NCBI RefSeq assembly: GCF_006345805.1
Contig: NC_043023.1
Coordinates: 10,354,001-10,418,000, forward strand
Direction: 5' to 3'
From: Octopus sinensis
Lineage: Eukaryota
DNA length: 64,000 nucleotides
The translations under genes and the position numbers were made by a program. Position 1 is the first letter of the stretch. The number at the start of each line of letters is the position of its first letter. This document shows, piece by piece, positions 25,133 through 38,234 of this stretch. Below the pieces are notes generated by a model. The model was not told the origin of the DNA and did no database searches. It saw only the letters and a program-made list of their open reading frames with translations.

Positions 25133-25297
25133 ATAACTTTTTTTTTTTTATTTTTGGAATTTTCTGAAATTTTTTCTGAATTTGTGTGCTACTCACAGGA
25201 ACTGTTACTTTTTTTTTTTTAAATTAGAAAAACTTTAATTTTTTTTCTTTGAATATCGTAAAAATGTTTTTTTTTACTGTTTTCATACTCCTGTGAA

Positions 25298-25712
25298 GGA
25301 TCTTTTCGTTTTGAACGGCAGTTTTTTCTAGGTGTGTCATATGAAATTGTCACCCATAATTATGACCCTAGTATCGATCCATTGCATTTCAATCTGTCTT
25401 AGGGTTAGGGTTAGGGGTGGGAGAAGGATATCTTTTTTTCTTCACAAATGTAAATAAACCCAATCTGTTTCTTAAACGAGTGACATATTCATACGGCACA
25501 GAATGTTTTCACCTCAATAGACGTCATTGATTGGTTGAAATTGCAGAAACTGAAGAAAAACAACAACAAATATCTTACAAACTATAGAATTTTCTCAATA
25601 AAGCCAAGAGAAAAAGATGTTTTATAAACACATTCTACCAGTATACGAAGTTTAAAAGTGTTTAGTTTCGTGGAAATTATTTTTAAAAAACTGCCGTTCA
25701 AACCGAAAAGAT
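25298..25712. mobile_element. GGATC-terminus MITE with 8-bp TSD
   Basis: Same family as 1030-1593; CCTGTGAA on both sides. Confidence 0.8.
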
Positions 25713-25977
25713 TCCCTGTGAATCCTCTCGCGAGTAAAATACAAATTCGTGAAAAAATTTCTGAAATTTCCAAAACATAGAAAAAGTAAGGAGGTGTTTA
25801 TCTGATGTGCTTAAATCAGAATTCTGCCCAAATTTCTCTTATTTTAAACGCCGGAGGTTATGGTTATGCATAACAATATTGTTACGAGTTTTAGCTTCTA
25901 AATAATTACTGTAACCTCGAAGGTTTCACATACTTATATAATTTCCACAAATTATTTACAGCTTAAAAGTGAATCTT

Positions 25978-27599
25978 AGATCTTTTCCTTTTGAACGGCA
26001 GACAATTTCTAGTTAACTAAACACTTTAAAACTCCGTATACTGGTAGAATGTGTCAAAATAAAACATTTTTTCTCTTGGCTTTCTTGAGAAAATTGTAAT
26101 TTGTTAGTTTAACGTAGTTTAATTTTTCGAATTTTAACCAATCCTATGCTCTCTTTTGAGCTAAAATCATTTGCTTCGTCTAAAACTGAGACAACATCCT
26201 GTAACTAACCCTCACCCTCCCCCTAACCCTAACCCTAAATTTTTTTTTTCTTAATTGTTAAATTAATTTTATTGTTACGCGTATAAAAAAAACTAAAGAA
26301 ATGGAATTTAATTAATTTAACAATTAAGAAAAAAAAAGTTAGGGTTAGGGGGGAGGTTTAGGGTTAGTTACAGGATGTTGTCTCAGTTTTAGACGCAGCA
26401 AATGATTTTAGTTGAATGGAGGTAATCGATTGGTTAAAATTGCCGAAATGCTTGGATTTTCAGACAAAATATCTTACAAACTATAGAATTTTCTCAATAA
26501 AGCCAAGAGAAAAAGATGTTTTATAAACACATTCTACCAGTATACGAAGTTTAAAAGTGTTTAGTTACATGGAAATTATTTTAAAAAACTGCCGTTCAAA
26601 CCGAAAGGATCCCAATCTGTTTCTTAAACGAGGGACATATTCATACGGCACAGAATGTTTTCACCTCAATAGACGTCATTGATTGGTTGAAATTGCAGAA
26701 ACTGAAGAAAAACAACAACAAATATCTTACAAACTATAGAATTTTCTCAATAAAGCCAAGAGAAAAAGATGTTTTATATACACATTCTACCAGTATACGA
26801 AGTTTAAAAGTGTTTAGTTACGTGGAAATTATTTTAAAAAACTGCCGGTCAAACCGAAAAGATCCCAAATATCTTACAAACCATAGAATTTTCTCAATAA
26901 AGCCAAGAGAAAAAGATGTTTTATAAACACATTCTACCAGTATACGAAGTTTAAAAGTGTTTAGTTACGTGGAAATTATTTTAAAAAACTGCCGGTCAAA
27001 CCGAAAAGATCCCAAATATCTTACAAACTATAGAATTTTCTCAATAAAGCCAAGAGAAAAAGATGTTTTATAAACACATTCTACCAGTATACAAAGTTTA
27101 AAAGTGTTTAGTTACGTGGAAATTATTTTAAAAAACTGCCGGTCAAACCGAAAAGATCCCAAATATCTTACAAACTATAGAATTTTCTCAATAAAGCCAA
27201 GAGAAAAAGATGTTTTATAAACACATTCTACCAGTATACAAAGTTTAAAAGTGTTTAGTTACGTGGAAATTATTTTTAAAAACTGCCGTTCAAACCGAAC
27301 TGATCCCAAATATCTTACAAACCATAGAATTTTCGGTTTGACCAAGAGAAAAAAATGTTTTATTTTGACACATTCTACCAGTATACGAAGTTTAAAAGTG
27401 TTTAGTTACGTGGAAATTATTTTAAAAAACTGCCGTTCAAACCGAAAAGATCCCAAATATCTTACAAACTATAGAATTTTCTCAATAAAGCCAAGAGAAA
27501 AAGATGTTTTATAAACACATTCTACCAGTATACGAAGTTTAAAAGTGTTTAGTTACCTAGAAATTGTGTTGACATCCGCAGTTCAAAAGGAAAAGATCC
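25978..27599. mobile_element. Foldback transposon whose right end is amplified into a 147-bp tandem array
   Basis: Left arm as in 15677-16498. Units start at 26720, 26867, 27014, 27161, 27308 and 27455, plus one at 26467. Near-TSD tgaatctt/tgtatctt. Confidence 0.8.
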
Positions 27600-27855
27600 T
27601 GTATCTTTATTAAATGTTCATCAACAACGTTTCCAGATGTAAACAGTGAATCGGTGTTATGCCTTTTTACCAAACTTCAAAAGAAATTGTCTCATTGTTA
27701 GATTCAAGGTTTTCAAAGGTTTTATTCACTTTATTCTCTGACATAAGCATCCATCTTTGACACTAAATTCGTATCTCATCAAAATTAAGCCGACTTTAAA
27801 GCTGCAGACACAAAGATACAATATATGTATGTCTTAGGCCCCCTAAAACTTAGGG

Positions 27856-28063
27856 CAGTGCTTTTCAAACTTTTTGCTGGAGCAGAACCCCAAAGAAACA
27901 TTCCACTGGCTCGAGGAACCCCTGTGCAATAATTTAATTGTCTTATGCACAGGAGACTTAAAAATTACTGCCGATTTTAGCAGTTTTGTAACTTCTTGCG
28001 GAACCCGTGCACTGTACTGGTGGAACCCTAAGGTTCCGTGGAACCCTGGTTGAAAAACCACTG
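27856..28063. mobile_element. hAT (Charlie-like) MITE
   Basis: TIRs CAGTGCTTTTCAA / TTGAAAAACCACTG; 8-bp TSD ACTTAGGG at 27848-27855 and 28064-28071. Confidence 0.9.
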
Positions 28064-28129
28064 ACTTAGGGTATCACAAGCAACACTCATTCTAATATAT
28101 ATGTATATATATATATATATATGTATGTA

Positions 28130-28180
<51 letters not shown>

Positions 28181-28262
28181 ATAATAAATATTAGGGAATG
28201 AATCCAAAATTACAGGGAAAAATCAGATTTAGGGTTAAATCCAATTTTATAGTAAAATATTA

Positions 28263-28581
28263 TATAATATAATTCGAGACAAAACCACTATTTAAAACCA
28301 AACAAGGAAAGACTTAATCAATACATAAAATTTTACTATAAATTAAATAAACCGCCACTACAATTGTTTCATGTCTGCTACCGACAATCTTCAGGTGGAT
28401 TTTCGATCTTCTAATCAGTATCAAATTTTGATACTGATTAGAAGATCGAAAATCCACCTGAAGATTGTCGGTAGCAGACATGAAACAATTATAGTGGCGG
28501 TTGATTTAATTTATAGTAAAATTTTATGTATTGATTAAGTCTTTCCTTGTTTGGTTTTAAAATAGTGGTTTTGTCTCGAAT

Positions 28582-28589
<8 letters not shown>
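28263..28589. repeat. Near-perfect palindrome (centre 28426) containing two opposed hammerhead motifs
   Basis: Minus 28355-28398 and plus 28454-28497: CCAC CTGAAGA T TGTC-ggtagca-GACA T GAAA CAATT(G/A) TA GTGG; flanked by (TA)n. Confidence 0.8.
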
Positions 28590-28623
<34 letters not shown>

Positions 28624-28642
28624 TTGTATATATATATATACT

Positions 28643-29026
28643 TTATAATTACGGTTCAGCAACGATTTGCTTCATCACATACCGAAGTTTAGAAATAGCA
28701 GTCAAAAAACCTTAGCTATTCCTTCTACTTTAAAAGGGACCCAGAAAAACCAAAGTACTTGAAAACAATCCACGCAGGCAAAAGGTAAAAATATCAAGTA
28801 CTTTGGTTTTTCTGGGAGTCCCTTTTTAAAGTAGAAGAAATAGCTAAGGTTTTTTGACTGCTATTTCTAAACTTCTGTATGTGGTAAAGCAAATCTTTGC
28901 TGAACCCTAATTATAAAGTATTACTTAAGCTTCCCATGAAATGGTCTTTTTCATGCCGAATTCTACTTGGTGAAATTACTGATTACTTCTTAATTAATTA
29001 ATTTTACCCGTTGTTATTATACATAT

Positions 29027-29030
<4 letters not shown>
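28643..29030. repeat. Palindromic Penelope-like end fragment (arms ~28643-28760 and ~28792-28915)
   Basis: Inverted arms with a ~30-bp spacer, flanked by (TA)n; a related sequence lies at 54895-55135. Confidence 0.6.
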
Positions 29031-29109
<79 letters not shown>

Positions 29110-29139
29110 ATATATATGTGTGTATATTTCTTTTATCTT

Positions 29140-30110
29140 TTACGGGTTTCACCAGAGGCTAGCATGGAAAGCAGACATTAAATGATGATGATGATGACGA
29201 CATATCACATCGTCATCAGAAGCTGGAAGGCTTCATCAGGCCCAGTCAGATCTGGCAGTGTTTCTACAGCTGGATGCCCTTCCTAACGCCAACCACTCCG
29301 TGAGTGTAGTGGGTGCTTTTTACGTGCCACCCGCACAGGTGCCAGACAGAGCTGGCAAACGGCCACGAACGGATGGTGCTTTTACGTGTCACCAGCACGG
29401 GGGCCAGGCGAGGCTGGCAACGGACACGAACGGATGGTGCTTTTACATGCCACCAACACGGGGGCCAGCCAGGGCTGGCAAACGGCCATGAAACGGATGG
29501 TGCTTTTACGTGTCACCGGCACGGGGGCCAGGCGAGGCTGGCAACGGACACGAACGGATGGTGCTTTTACGTGCCACCGACATAATGTATATATTTCTTT
29601 ATTGCCCACAGGAGGCTAAACATAGAGGGGACAAACAAGGACAGACAAAGGGATTAAGTCGATTATATCGATCCCAGTGTGTAACTGGTACTTATTTAAT
29701 CAACCCCGAAAGGATGAAAGGCAAAGTCGACCTCGGCAGAATTTGAACTCAGAATGTAGCAGCAGACAAAATACCGCTAAGCATTTCGCCCGGCTTGCTA
29801 ACGATTTTGCCACCTTCTCGAGCCACCCCTGGCTCATAAGGGCCGGTTTCCTGGTTTCCTTGGCATATAGGTTCCCCACCTGGACGGGACGCCAGTCCAT
29901 TGCATGTGAGCTGCAAGATGCAGGAGGAAAGAGTGAAAGAAAGTTTTGGCGAAAGAGTCAGCAGAAGTTTTGCCATTACCTTCTGCTGGAGCCACGTGGA
30001 GCTTAGGTGTTTCGCTCATAAACACACACATCGCCCGGTCTGAGATTCGAACCTGCGATCCCTCGACCGCGAGTCCGCTGCTCTAACCACTAGGCCATGT
30101 GCCTCCACAC
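29140..30110 (-). mobile_element. Stack of SINEs: D (29140-29580), B (29590-29815), C tail variant C4 (29820-30110)
   Basis: Direct matches to the families; D carries about five ~60-bp internal repeats. Confidence 0.8.
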
Positions 30111-30564
30111 ATCATAATGTATGGATTTATCATCACAATGACAGCAGTGTTTATTACAATATGCATACATCTGCAAAAACTGAAGGAAACACAAAGTCCA
30201 ATTATTCCAGTAAAGCGTTAGTATCTATTGGTTTTCTCTATAAAAATGTAAAATTTCCATTGTTCTACCTTTACTTTGTGAGTATCCTCTATATCTCACG
30301 TTCTCGTTTCTCTATTATCATTTCAGAATATCAGAAACAGCGAAGAACCGTTCACTTCTGATACATCATCAATATTTATCATTTTTGAAAGATTGAAGGA
30401 ATTTATTGCACAGAACAGAAATAATTCTGTTTATATGAATCCATGGTGACTTCCGGATAAATATTTCTTTAGAACTCAGATAAATATCAATGTTTGTTTT
30501 TTTCGCTGCCTAAAAAGGTGTATAAACTGATTTTGCGTTCAAATTTCTATTTTTCCATTGCATA

Positions 30565-30958
30565 CCCATAAAATTATCAACCATCGTACAAACAATAACT
30601 CTGAGCACCTTTTCAAACTCCACCCGTCTAACACCCGTGGACATATTTACAAAGTCAGAAAACAGCACAGCTCCCATGACTTCAGGAAACATTTTTTCAC
30701 GCTGAGAGTTGTTGAAGCATGGAACAAACTGCCAGCATCAGTTGTTAGTTGTCGGAGCAATGTATCCTTCAAAACTTCCATGCTTCCTGAGATTCGCCAA
30801 CACTCCACCTGATTTTCTCCCCTCCATACACACGCAAACATGTATCTGACTCATACACTGTTCGTTTTCCAGACATTTCTACACTACTGCATGTACTTTA
30901 TATGCACTTTCTGACAAGTTGTGGTGCACCTGAGCACTGTATACAATAATTTCATTAT
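30565..30958 (+). mobile_element. CR1/L2-type LINE 3' end in the ZF 5' region
   Basis: FKLHPSNTRGHIYKVRKQHSSHDFRKHFFTLRVVEAWNKLPASVV plus 3' UTR ending cattat; second copy at 37017-37378. Confidence 0.8.
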
Positions 30959-31138
30959 ATCTACAAGATTATTTCACAAACTTCTTAAAAGTGGAAAAAT
31001 TTACTGAAGTGTTTGTAGCATCTTCAATGAACTTTTTGTTCACCATTGATGAAAATATAACAGCAGTAATATTTACTAGGAATAAACGAATAAAAACAAA
31101 AAGAAAATCGCCTGTATATTGTGGTAAGGAAAAGAAAA

Positions 31139-32329
31139 ATGATGGAAAATGAGTTAAGTGAGAAGATGGTTACACATGGAACACCAGCTGAAAAGATTGT
31201 CTTTTCTGATGATTTAAAGAATGTGAAAAGCAAAAAGTCATATCATTGTGATACCTGTGGTAAATCATTCTCTCAGAATAGCAAACTAACTAAACATAAA
31301 TCTATTCATACAGGAGAAAAACCATATCATTGCGATGTCTGTGATAAATCATTTTCACAAAAAGACTATTTAACCACTCACCTGCGTATTCACACAGGTG
31401 AGAAGCCGTATCAGTGTGACATCTGTGATAAGTCGTTCTCCCAAAGTGTTCACTTAACTAAACACAAACGCATTCATACAGGGGAAAAGCCATATTTCTG
31501 TGAAGTCTGTTGTAAATCATTTGCTGAGAATGGTACCTTAACCAGACATAAACGTATTCACACAGGGGAAAGGCCATACGAATGTGATATCTGTAATAAA
31601 TCATTTACTCAAAAGGATAACCTAACCACTCACCAACGCATTCATACAGGTGAAAAACCGTATTGTTGTGATGTCTGCGGTGAATCATTCTCACAAAACG
31701 TACACTTAACTAAACACAAAACCATTCATACAGGAGGGAAACTTTATTTCTGTGATATTTGTGATAAATCGTTCACTGAAAAAAGTTCCTTAAAACGACA
31801 CATCCGCATTCATACAGGTGATAAACCATATCATTGTGATATCTGTTTTAGATCGTTCTCCGAGAATCATACCTTGACTATTCACAAACGCAGCCATACA
31901 GGAGAAAAGCCATATCATTGTGACAGTTGTGGTAAATCGTTCTCGGACACTGGTCATTTAGCTCGGCATGTACGGATTCATACCGGGGACAAACCGCATC
32001 ACTGCGATATCTGTGGAAAATCATTCTCGGAAAATGGAGATTTAACGAGACACATCCGGATTCATACAGGTGAGAAACCGTATCAGTGTGACGTTTGTAG
32101 TAAATCATTCTCTCATGGACATGCCTTGACCACTCACAAACGCACTCATACAGGAGAGAAACCATATCACTGCGATGTCTGCGGTAAATCCTTCTCTGAA
32201 ACTGGTCACTTGAGTAGACACAAACGCATTCATTCAGGACTGAAACTACATCACTGTGATATCTGTGGTAAATCTTTCTCCGAAATAAGTCATTTAACTG
32301 AACATATTGCTATTCATACAGGACAGTAA
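31139..32329 (+). CDS. C2H2 zinc-finger protein, 13 fingers, intact (~396 aa from MMENE)
   Basis: Uninterrupted ORF; 13 C-X2-C-X12-H-X3-H fingers with TGEKPY-type linkers; ATG at 31139. Confidence 0.92.
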   Translation: MMENELSEKMVTHGTPAEKIVFSDDLKNVKSKKSYHCDTCGKSFSQNSKLTKHKSIHTGEKPYHCDVCDKSFSQKDYLTTHLRIHTGEKPYQCDICDKSFSQSVHLTKHKRIHTGEKPYFCEVCCKSFAENGTLTRHKRIHTGERPYECDICNKSFTQKDNLTTHQRIHTGEKPYCCDVCGESFSQNVHLTKHKTIHTGGKLYFCDICDKSFTEKSSLKRHIRIHTGDKPYHCDICFRSFSENHTLTIHKRSHTGEKPYHCDSCGKSFSDTGHLARHVRIHTGDKPHHCDICGKSFSENGDLTRHIRIHTGEKPYQCDVCSKSFSHGHALTTHKRTHTGEKPYHCDVCGKSFSETGHLSRHKRIHSGLKLHHCDICGKSFSEISHLTEHIAIHTGQ

Positions 32330-32362
32330 CAATATCGAAATATGGGGTCAAAATACATACAT

Positions 32363-33840
32363 ATTTCTTTTTCTCTACTACCCACAAGGGGCTAAACATA
32401 GAGGGGACAAACAAGGACAGACAAACGGATTAAGTGAATTACATCGACCCCAGTGCATAACTGGTACTTATTTAATCGACCCTGAAAGGATGAAAGCCAA
32501 AGTCGACCTCAGCAGAATTTGAAACCAGAACATAAAGACAGACGAAATACCTATTTCCTTACTACCCACAAGGGGCTAAACAGAGAGGGGACAAACAAGG
32601 ACAGACAAATGGATTAAGTCGATTACATCGACTCCAGTGCGTAACTGGTACTTATTTAATCGATCCCGAAAGGATGAAAGCCAAAGTCGACCTCAGCGGA
32701 ATTTGAACCCAGAACGTAAAGACAGACGAAATACCTATTTCTTTACTACCCACAAGGAACTAAACAGGGAGGGGACAAACAAGGACAGACAAACGGATTA
32801 AGTCGATTACATCGACCCTAGTGCGTAACTGGTACTTATTTAATCGACCCCGAAAGGATGAAAGCCAAAGTCGACCTCAGCGGAATTTGAACCCAGAACG
32901 TAAAGACAGACGAAATACCTATTTCTTTACTACCCACAAGGAACTAAACAGGGAGGGGACAAACAAGGACAGACAAACGGATTAAGTCGATTACATCGAC
33001 CCTAGTGCGTAACTGGTACTTATTTAATCGACCCTGAAAGGATGAAAGCCAAAGTCGACCTCAGCGGAATTTGAACCCAGAACGTAAAGACAGACGAAAT
33101 ACCTATTTCTTTACTGCTCACAAGGAGCTAAACAGGGAGGGGACAAACAAGGACAGACAAACGGATTAAGTCGATTACATCGACCCTAGTGCGTAACTGG
33201 TACTTATTTAATCGACCCTGAAAGGATGAAAGCCAAAGTCGACCTCAGCGGAATTTGAACCCAGAACGTAAAGACAGACGAAATACCTATTTCTTTACTA
33301 CCCACAAGGAACTAAACAGGGAGGGGACAAACAAGGACAGACAAACGGATTAAGTCGATTACATCGACCCTAGTGCGTAACTGGTACTTATTTAATCGAC
33401 CCTGAAAGGATGAAAGCCAAAGTCGACCTCAGCGGAATTTGAACCCAGAACGTAAAGACAGACGAAATACCTATTTCTTTACTACCCACAAGGAACTAAA
33501 CAGGGAGGGGACAGACAAGGACAGACAAACGGATTAAGTCGATTACATCGACCCTAGTGCGTAACTGGTACTTATTTAATCGACCCTGAAAGGATGAAAG
33601 CCAAAGTCGACCTCAGCGGAATTTGAACCCAGAACGTAAAGACAGACGAAATACCTATTTCTTTACTGCTCACAAGGAGCTAAACAGAGAGGGGACAAAC
33701 AAAGACAGACAAATGGATTAAGTCGATTACATCGACCCTAGTGCGTAACTGGTACATATTTAATCGACCCCGAAAGGATGAAAGGCAAAGTCAACCTCTG
33801 CAGAATTTGAACTCAGATCGTAACGGCAGACGAAATACCA
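32363..33840 (-). repeat. SINE B-derived tandem array, 8 units of 184 bp, just downstream of the ZF stop codon
   Basis: Unit starts at ~32363, 32552, 32736, 32920, 33104, 33288, 33472 and 33656. Confidence 0.92.
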
Positions 33841-34414
33841 TTATGTGGCCTCCAGCCTTACCAGCTCCTGTCAAACTGTCCAACCCATGCCAGCATGGAA
33901 AGTAATCATTAAATGATGTTGATGATGATTTTGTTCATTAAAGTGTTTCCTTTTACTCATTAGTGAAAGCATGTGGCTTAGTGGTTCAGATATTCAGCTC
34001 ACAACCATAAGGCCATGAGTTCGGTTCCTGGTGGTTTACTGTGGCCTTGAGCAAGACACTTTGTCACATTGTTCCAGTTCACTCAGCTGACAAAAGTGAG
34101 TGGTACCTGTAATTCAAAAGGGCCAACCTTATCCCCTCCTGCGTCACACTGGATCTCCCTGAGAACTACATTAAGTATATGCATGTCTGAGGAATACTCA
34201 GCCACTTACAAATTAATTTCATGAGCAAGTGATTTCATGTTCCAGTGGTTGCCGGAATGCCAGCTCAGTCATAGCAGTGATTCCCAAAGTGGGTGGTACT
34301 GCCCCTAAGGGGGCAGTGGAAATATCTTTGAGGTATTGAAGAAAAGTGGGGCAATATTAAAGTGTCCAAAAGGGAGCAATGGATGTAACAAAATAAAAAC
34401 CCTAAAATAATGGT

Positions 34415-35241
34415 TTAACTCTCTTTTTACTCTTTTACCCTTTTACTTGTTTCAGTCATTTGACTGCGGCCATGCTGGAGCACCGCCTTTTTAATCGAGC
34501 AACTCAACCTCGGGACTTATTCTTTTGTAAGCCCAGTACTTATTCTGTCGGTCTTTTTTGCCGAACTGCTAAGTAACGGGGACATAAACACATCAGCATC
34601 GGTTGTCAAGCAATGCTAGGGGGACAAACACAGACACACAAACACACACACGCATATATATATATACATATATACGATGGGCTTCTTTCAGTTTCCGTCT
34701 ACCAAATCCACTCACAAGGCTTTGGTCAGCTCGAGGCTATAGTAGAAGACACTTGCCCAAGGTGCCACGCAGTGGGACTGAACCTGGAACCATGTGGTTG
34801 GTAAACAAGCTACTTACCACACAGCCACTCACTGGGTTAAATTTTGCAAATTCTCATTAAGAGTACCCTGCATGAGAAAAGTACCCCTATTTAGATCGAT
34901 GTTGACAGGAGTGGCTGTTTGGTAAGTAGTTTGCTTACCAACCACATGGTTCCAGGTTCAGTCCCACTGCGTGGCATCTTGGGCAAGTGTCTTCTGCTAT
35001 AGCCTCAGGCCAACCAATGCCTGGTGAGTGGATTTGGTAGACGGAAACTGAAAGAAGCCCATCATATATAGGCGCAGGAGTGGCTGTGTGGTAAGTAGCT
35101 TGCTTACCAACCACATGGTTCCGGGTTCAGTCCCACTGCGTGGCACATTGGGCAAGTGTCTTCTACTATAGCCTCAGGCCAACCAATGCCTGGTGAGTGG
35201 ATTTGGTAGATGGAAACTGAAAGAAGCCTGTCGTATATATG

Positions 35242-35282
<41 letters not shown>

Positions 35283-35475
35283 GTGTGTATATGTTTGTGT
35301 TTCTGTGTTTGTCCCTCTAGTATTGCTTGACAACCGTCACTTAGCGGTTCAGCAAAACAGACCGATAGAATAAGTACTAGGCTTACAAAGAATAAGTCCC
35401 GGGGTCGATTTGCTCGACTAAAGGCGGTGCTCCAGCAGGGCCGCAGTCAAATGACTGAAACAAGTGAAAGAGAGA
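34415..35475. mobile_element. SINE A (-) 34415-34830 head-to-head with a head-duplicated SINE A (+) 34905-35475
   Basis: Direct family matches. Confidence 0.85.
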
Positions 35476-35669
35476 GACATCGGGACAGAGAGGTCAGATA
35501 TATATACCCCATAGGCCTTTTAGCTTTTTAATTTTTTGGTTCATAGCTCACTTTGCAATCCTGTAGTTTGGGTTCAAATCCACTGCACAACACATTGGGG
35601 AAGTGTCTTCTACAACTTAAAACCATCCAATGTCTTGTGAATGATTTTGTTAGATGTGTGTGTGTCTAT

Positions 35670-36180
35670 ATATAAAAAGCACCAACCGATCGTGGCCGCT
35701 GCCAGCCCCCCCTGGCACCTGTGCCGGTGGTACGTAAAAAGCACCCACTACACTCACGGAGTGGTTGGCATTAGGAAGGGCATCCAGCTGTAGAAACACT
35801 GCCAGATCAGACTGGAGCCTGGTGCAGCCTCCTGGCTTCCCAGACCCCGGTCGAACCGTCCAACCCATGCTAGCATGGAAAACGGACGTTAAACGATGAT
35901 GATGATATATATATTGCTTGTTCCTTCTCATAAGGGCCGGTTTCCTTGGCGTATAGGTTCCCCACCTGAACGAGACGCTGGTCCATCGCAGCTGAGCTGC
36001 AAGATGGAAGAGGAAAGAGTGAGAGAAAGTTGTGGCAAAAGAGTCAGCAGAAGTTCACCATTACCTTCTGGCAGAGATACGTGGAGCTTAGGTGTTTCGC
36101 TCATAAACATACACATCGCCCGGTCTGAGATTCAAACCCTCGATCCCTCAACTGTGAGTCCGCTGCCCTAACCACTAGGC
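35670..36180. mobile_element. SINE D (+, 35670-35905) and SINE C4 (-, 35920-36180)
   Basis: Direct family matches. Confidence 0.8.
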
Positions 36181-36181
36181 C

Positions 36182-36745
<564 letters not shown>

Positions 36746-37016
36746 GTATTTTGAGATGGTCATTTTTTTTGCTCGTTTTTGTTTTTGCCTAATAAATGCA
36801 TGCACTCTATATTCGTTCTTCACTCTTTTATTACTGCTCTTATTTCAACTCGTGTTAATTGTCCGGAAATCTTTCATCACACATCTGTGACCTCTTCGGT
36901 GACACTTTCTGTCCTCGTGTGTGCTCCTGCTCTGCGTAATCTATTCTCTCTGAGAATCCTGAAATATAAGAATGTCTATTTCAACACAAGGTTTCACATC
37001 AGGAATCTTGCAACAC

Positions 37017-37378
37017 GATTCAAACTCCACCTGTCTAACACCCGTGGACATATTTACAAAGTCAGAAAACAGCACAGCTCCCATGACTTTCGGAAACATT
37101 TTTTCACGCTGAGAGTTGCTGAAGCATGGAACAAACTGCCGGCATCAGTTGTTAGTTGTTGGAGTACTGCATCCTTCAAAACTTCCATGCTTTCTGGGAT
37201 TCGCCAACACAACACCTGATTTTCTCCTCTCCATACACACACAAGCATGTATCTGACTCATACATTGTTCGCTTTCCAGACATTTTTACATTACTGCATG
37301 TACTTTATATGCACTTAGTGACAAGTTGTGGTGCACCTGAGCACTGTATACAATAATTTCATTATTATTATTATTATA
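37017..37378 (+). mobile_element. CR1/L2-type LINE 3' end with (ATT)n tail
   Basis: Closely matches 30565-30958. Confidence 0.8.
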
Positions 37379-37504
37379 TAATGTGTATATACATATATAT
37401 ATTTATAATAAGTTAGGTACAAAAAATTCAGGGTGAATACTTGATAACTGTAAGCACCTGTATATGCCAGCTAGTGGTGTAGGTGATAGGATAAATTTAT
37501 CAAC

Positions 37505-37860
37505 AGAAAAACAGGATGCAAAGGATTTTGCGGTACATATGTTTCTGGCTTTATTGGACAATTTATTTCAATGCATAATTGATATAACATGTAGGTCAAC
37601 ATCCTTCTTCTGCCGCGTTCAATTACCACACCAAAACATGTATTACATTATAGCAGGTTAACAATTACCACACCAAAGACATGTATTACATTATAGCAGG
37701 TTAACCTGCTATAATGTAATACATGTTTTGGTGTGGTAATTGTACGCGGCTGAAGAAGGCTGTTGACCTACATGTTATATCAATTATGCATTGATATAAA
37801 TTGTTCAATAAAGCCAGAAACATATGTACCGCAAAATCCTTTGCATCCTGTTTTTCTTTT
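37505..37860. repeat. Palindrome with a ~44-bp tandem duplication in the left arm
   Basis: aaaaacaggatgcaaagg...gcaggttaa / cctgctataatg...gcatcctgttttt; the duplicated unit is caattaccacaccaaa(g)acatgtattacattatagcaggttaa. Confidence 0.8.
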
Positions 37861-38234
37861 GATATATTTACAATAAATGTAAGTGGCATAATGAGTGGGT
37901 ATATATTTATAAAAAAAGAAGTTTGAAAACGCCACTATGTAAGATAAATTTTAATTTTCTTAGAGATTTTACATGTTTCAGTTCTTCTTGAAAAAACGAA
38001 CCTTATCAAAAATATTTTTAAAAGTCAGGTATAATAAAAATGTTCATAATTGTTTCTTACTGATCTCAACAGAGTCCACGTGGTGGTGTTTTGTTGGGGG
38101 GGGGGGCATAATGGTTGTCTCGTGCGTTGACTAGATTTGTTGGCTGTAATTGTGGAAATGACCAGCAGCCGAAATAGCAGTAGTAGCAGTGACTGTCAGT
38201 CATAGTAGTAGTGACCAAACTTCTTTTTTATAAA

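Noticed and set aside
32363-33840. CRISPR-like or coding interpretation of the regular array
   Set aside because: There are no unique spacers, the DNA is eukaryotic, and the units match a dispersed SINE.
37745-37785. CTGAAGA-AGG..CCT-ACATGT hammerhead-like string
   Set aside because: It lacks the GAA core segment and a stem I partner.
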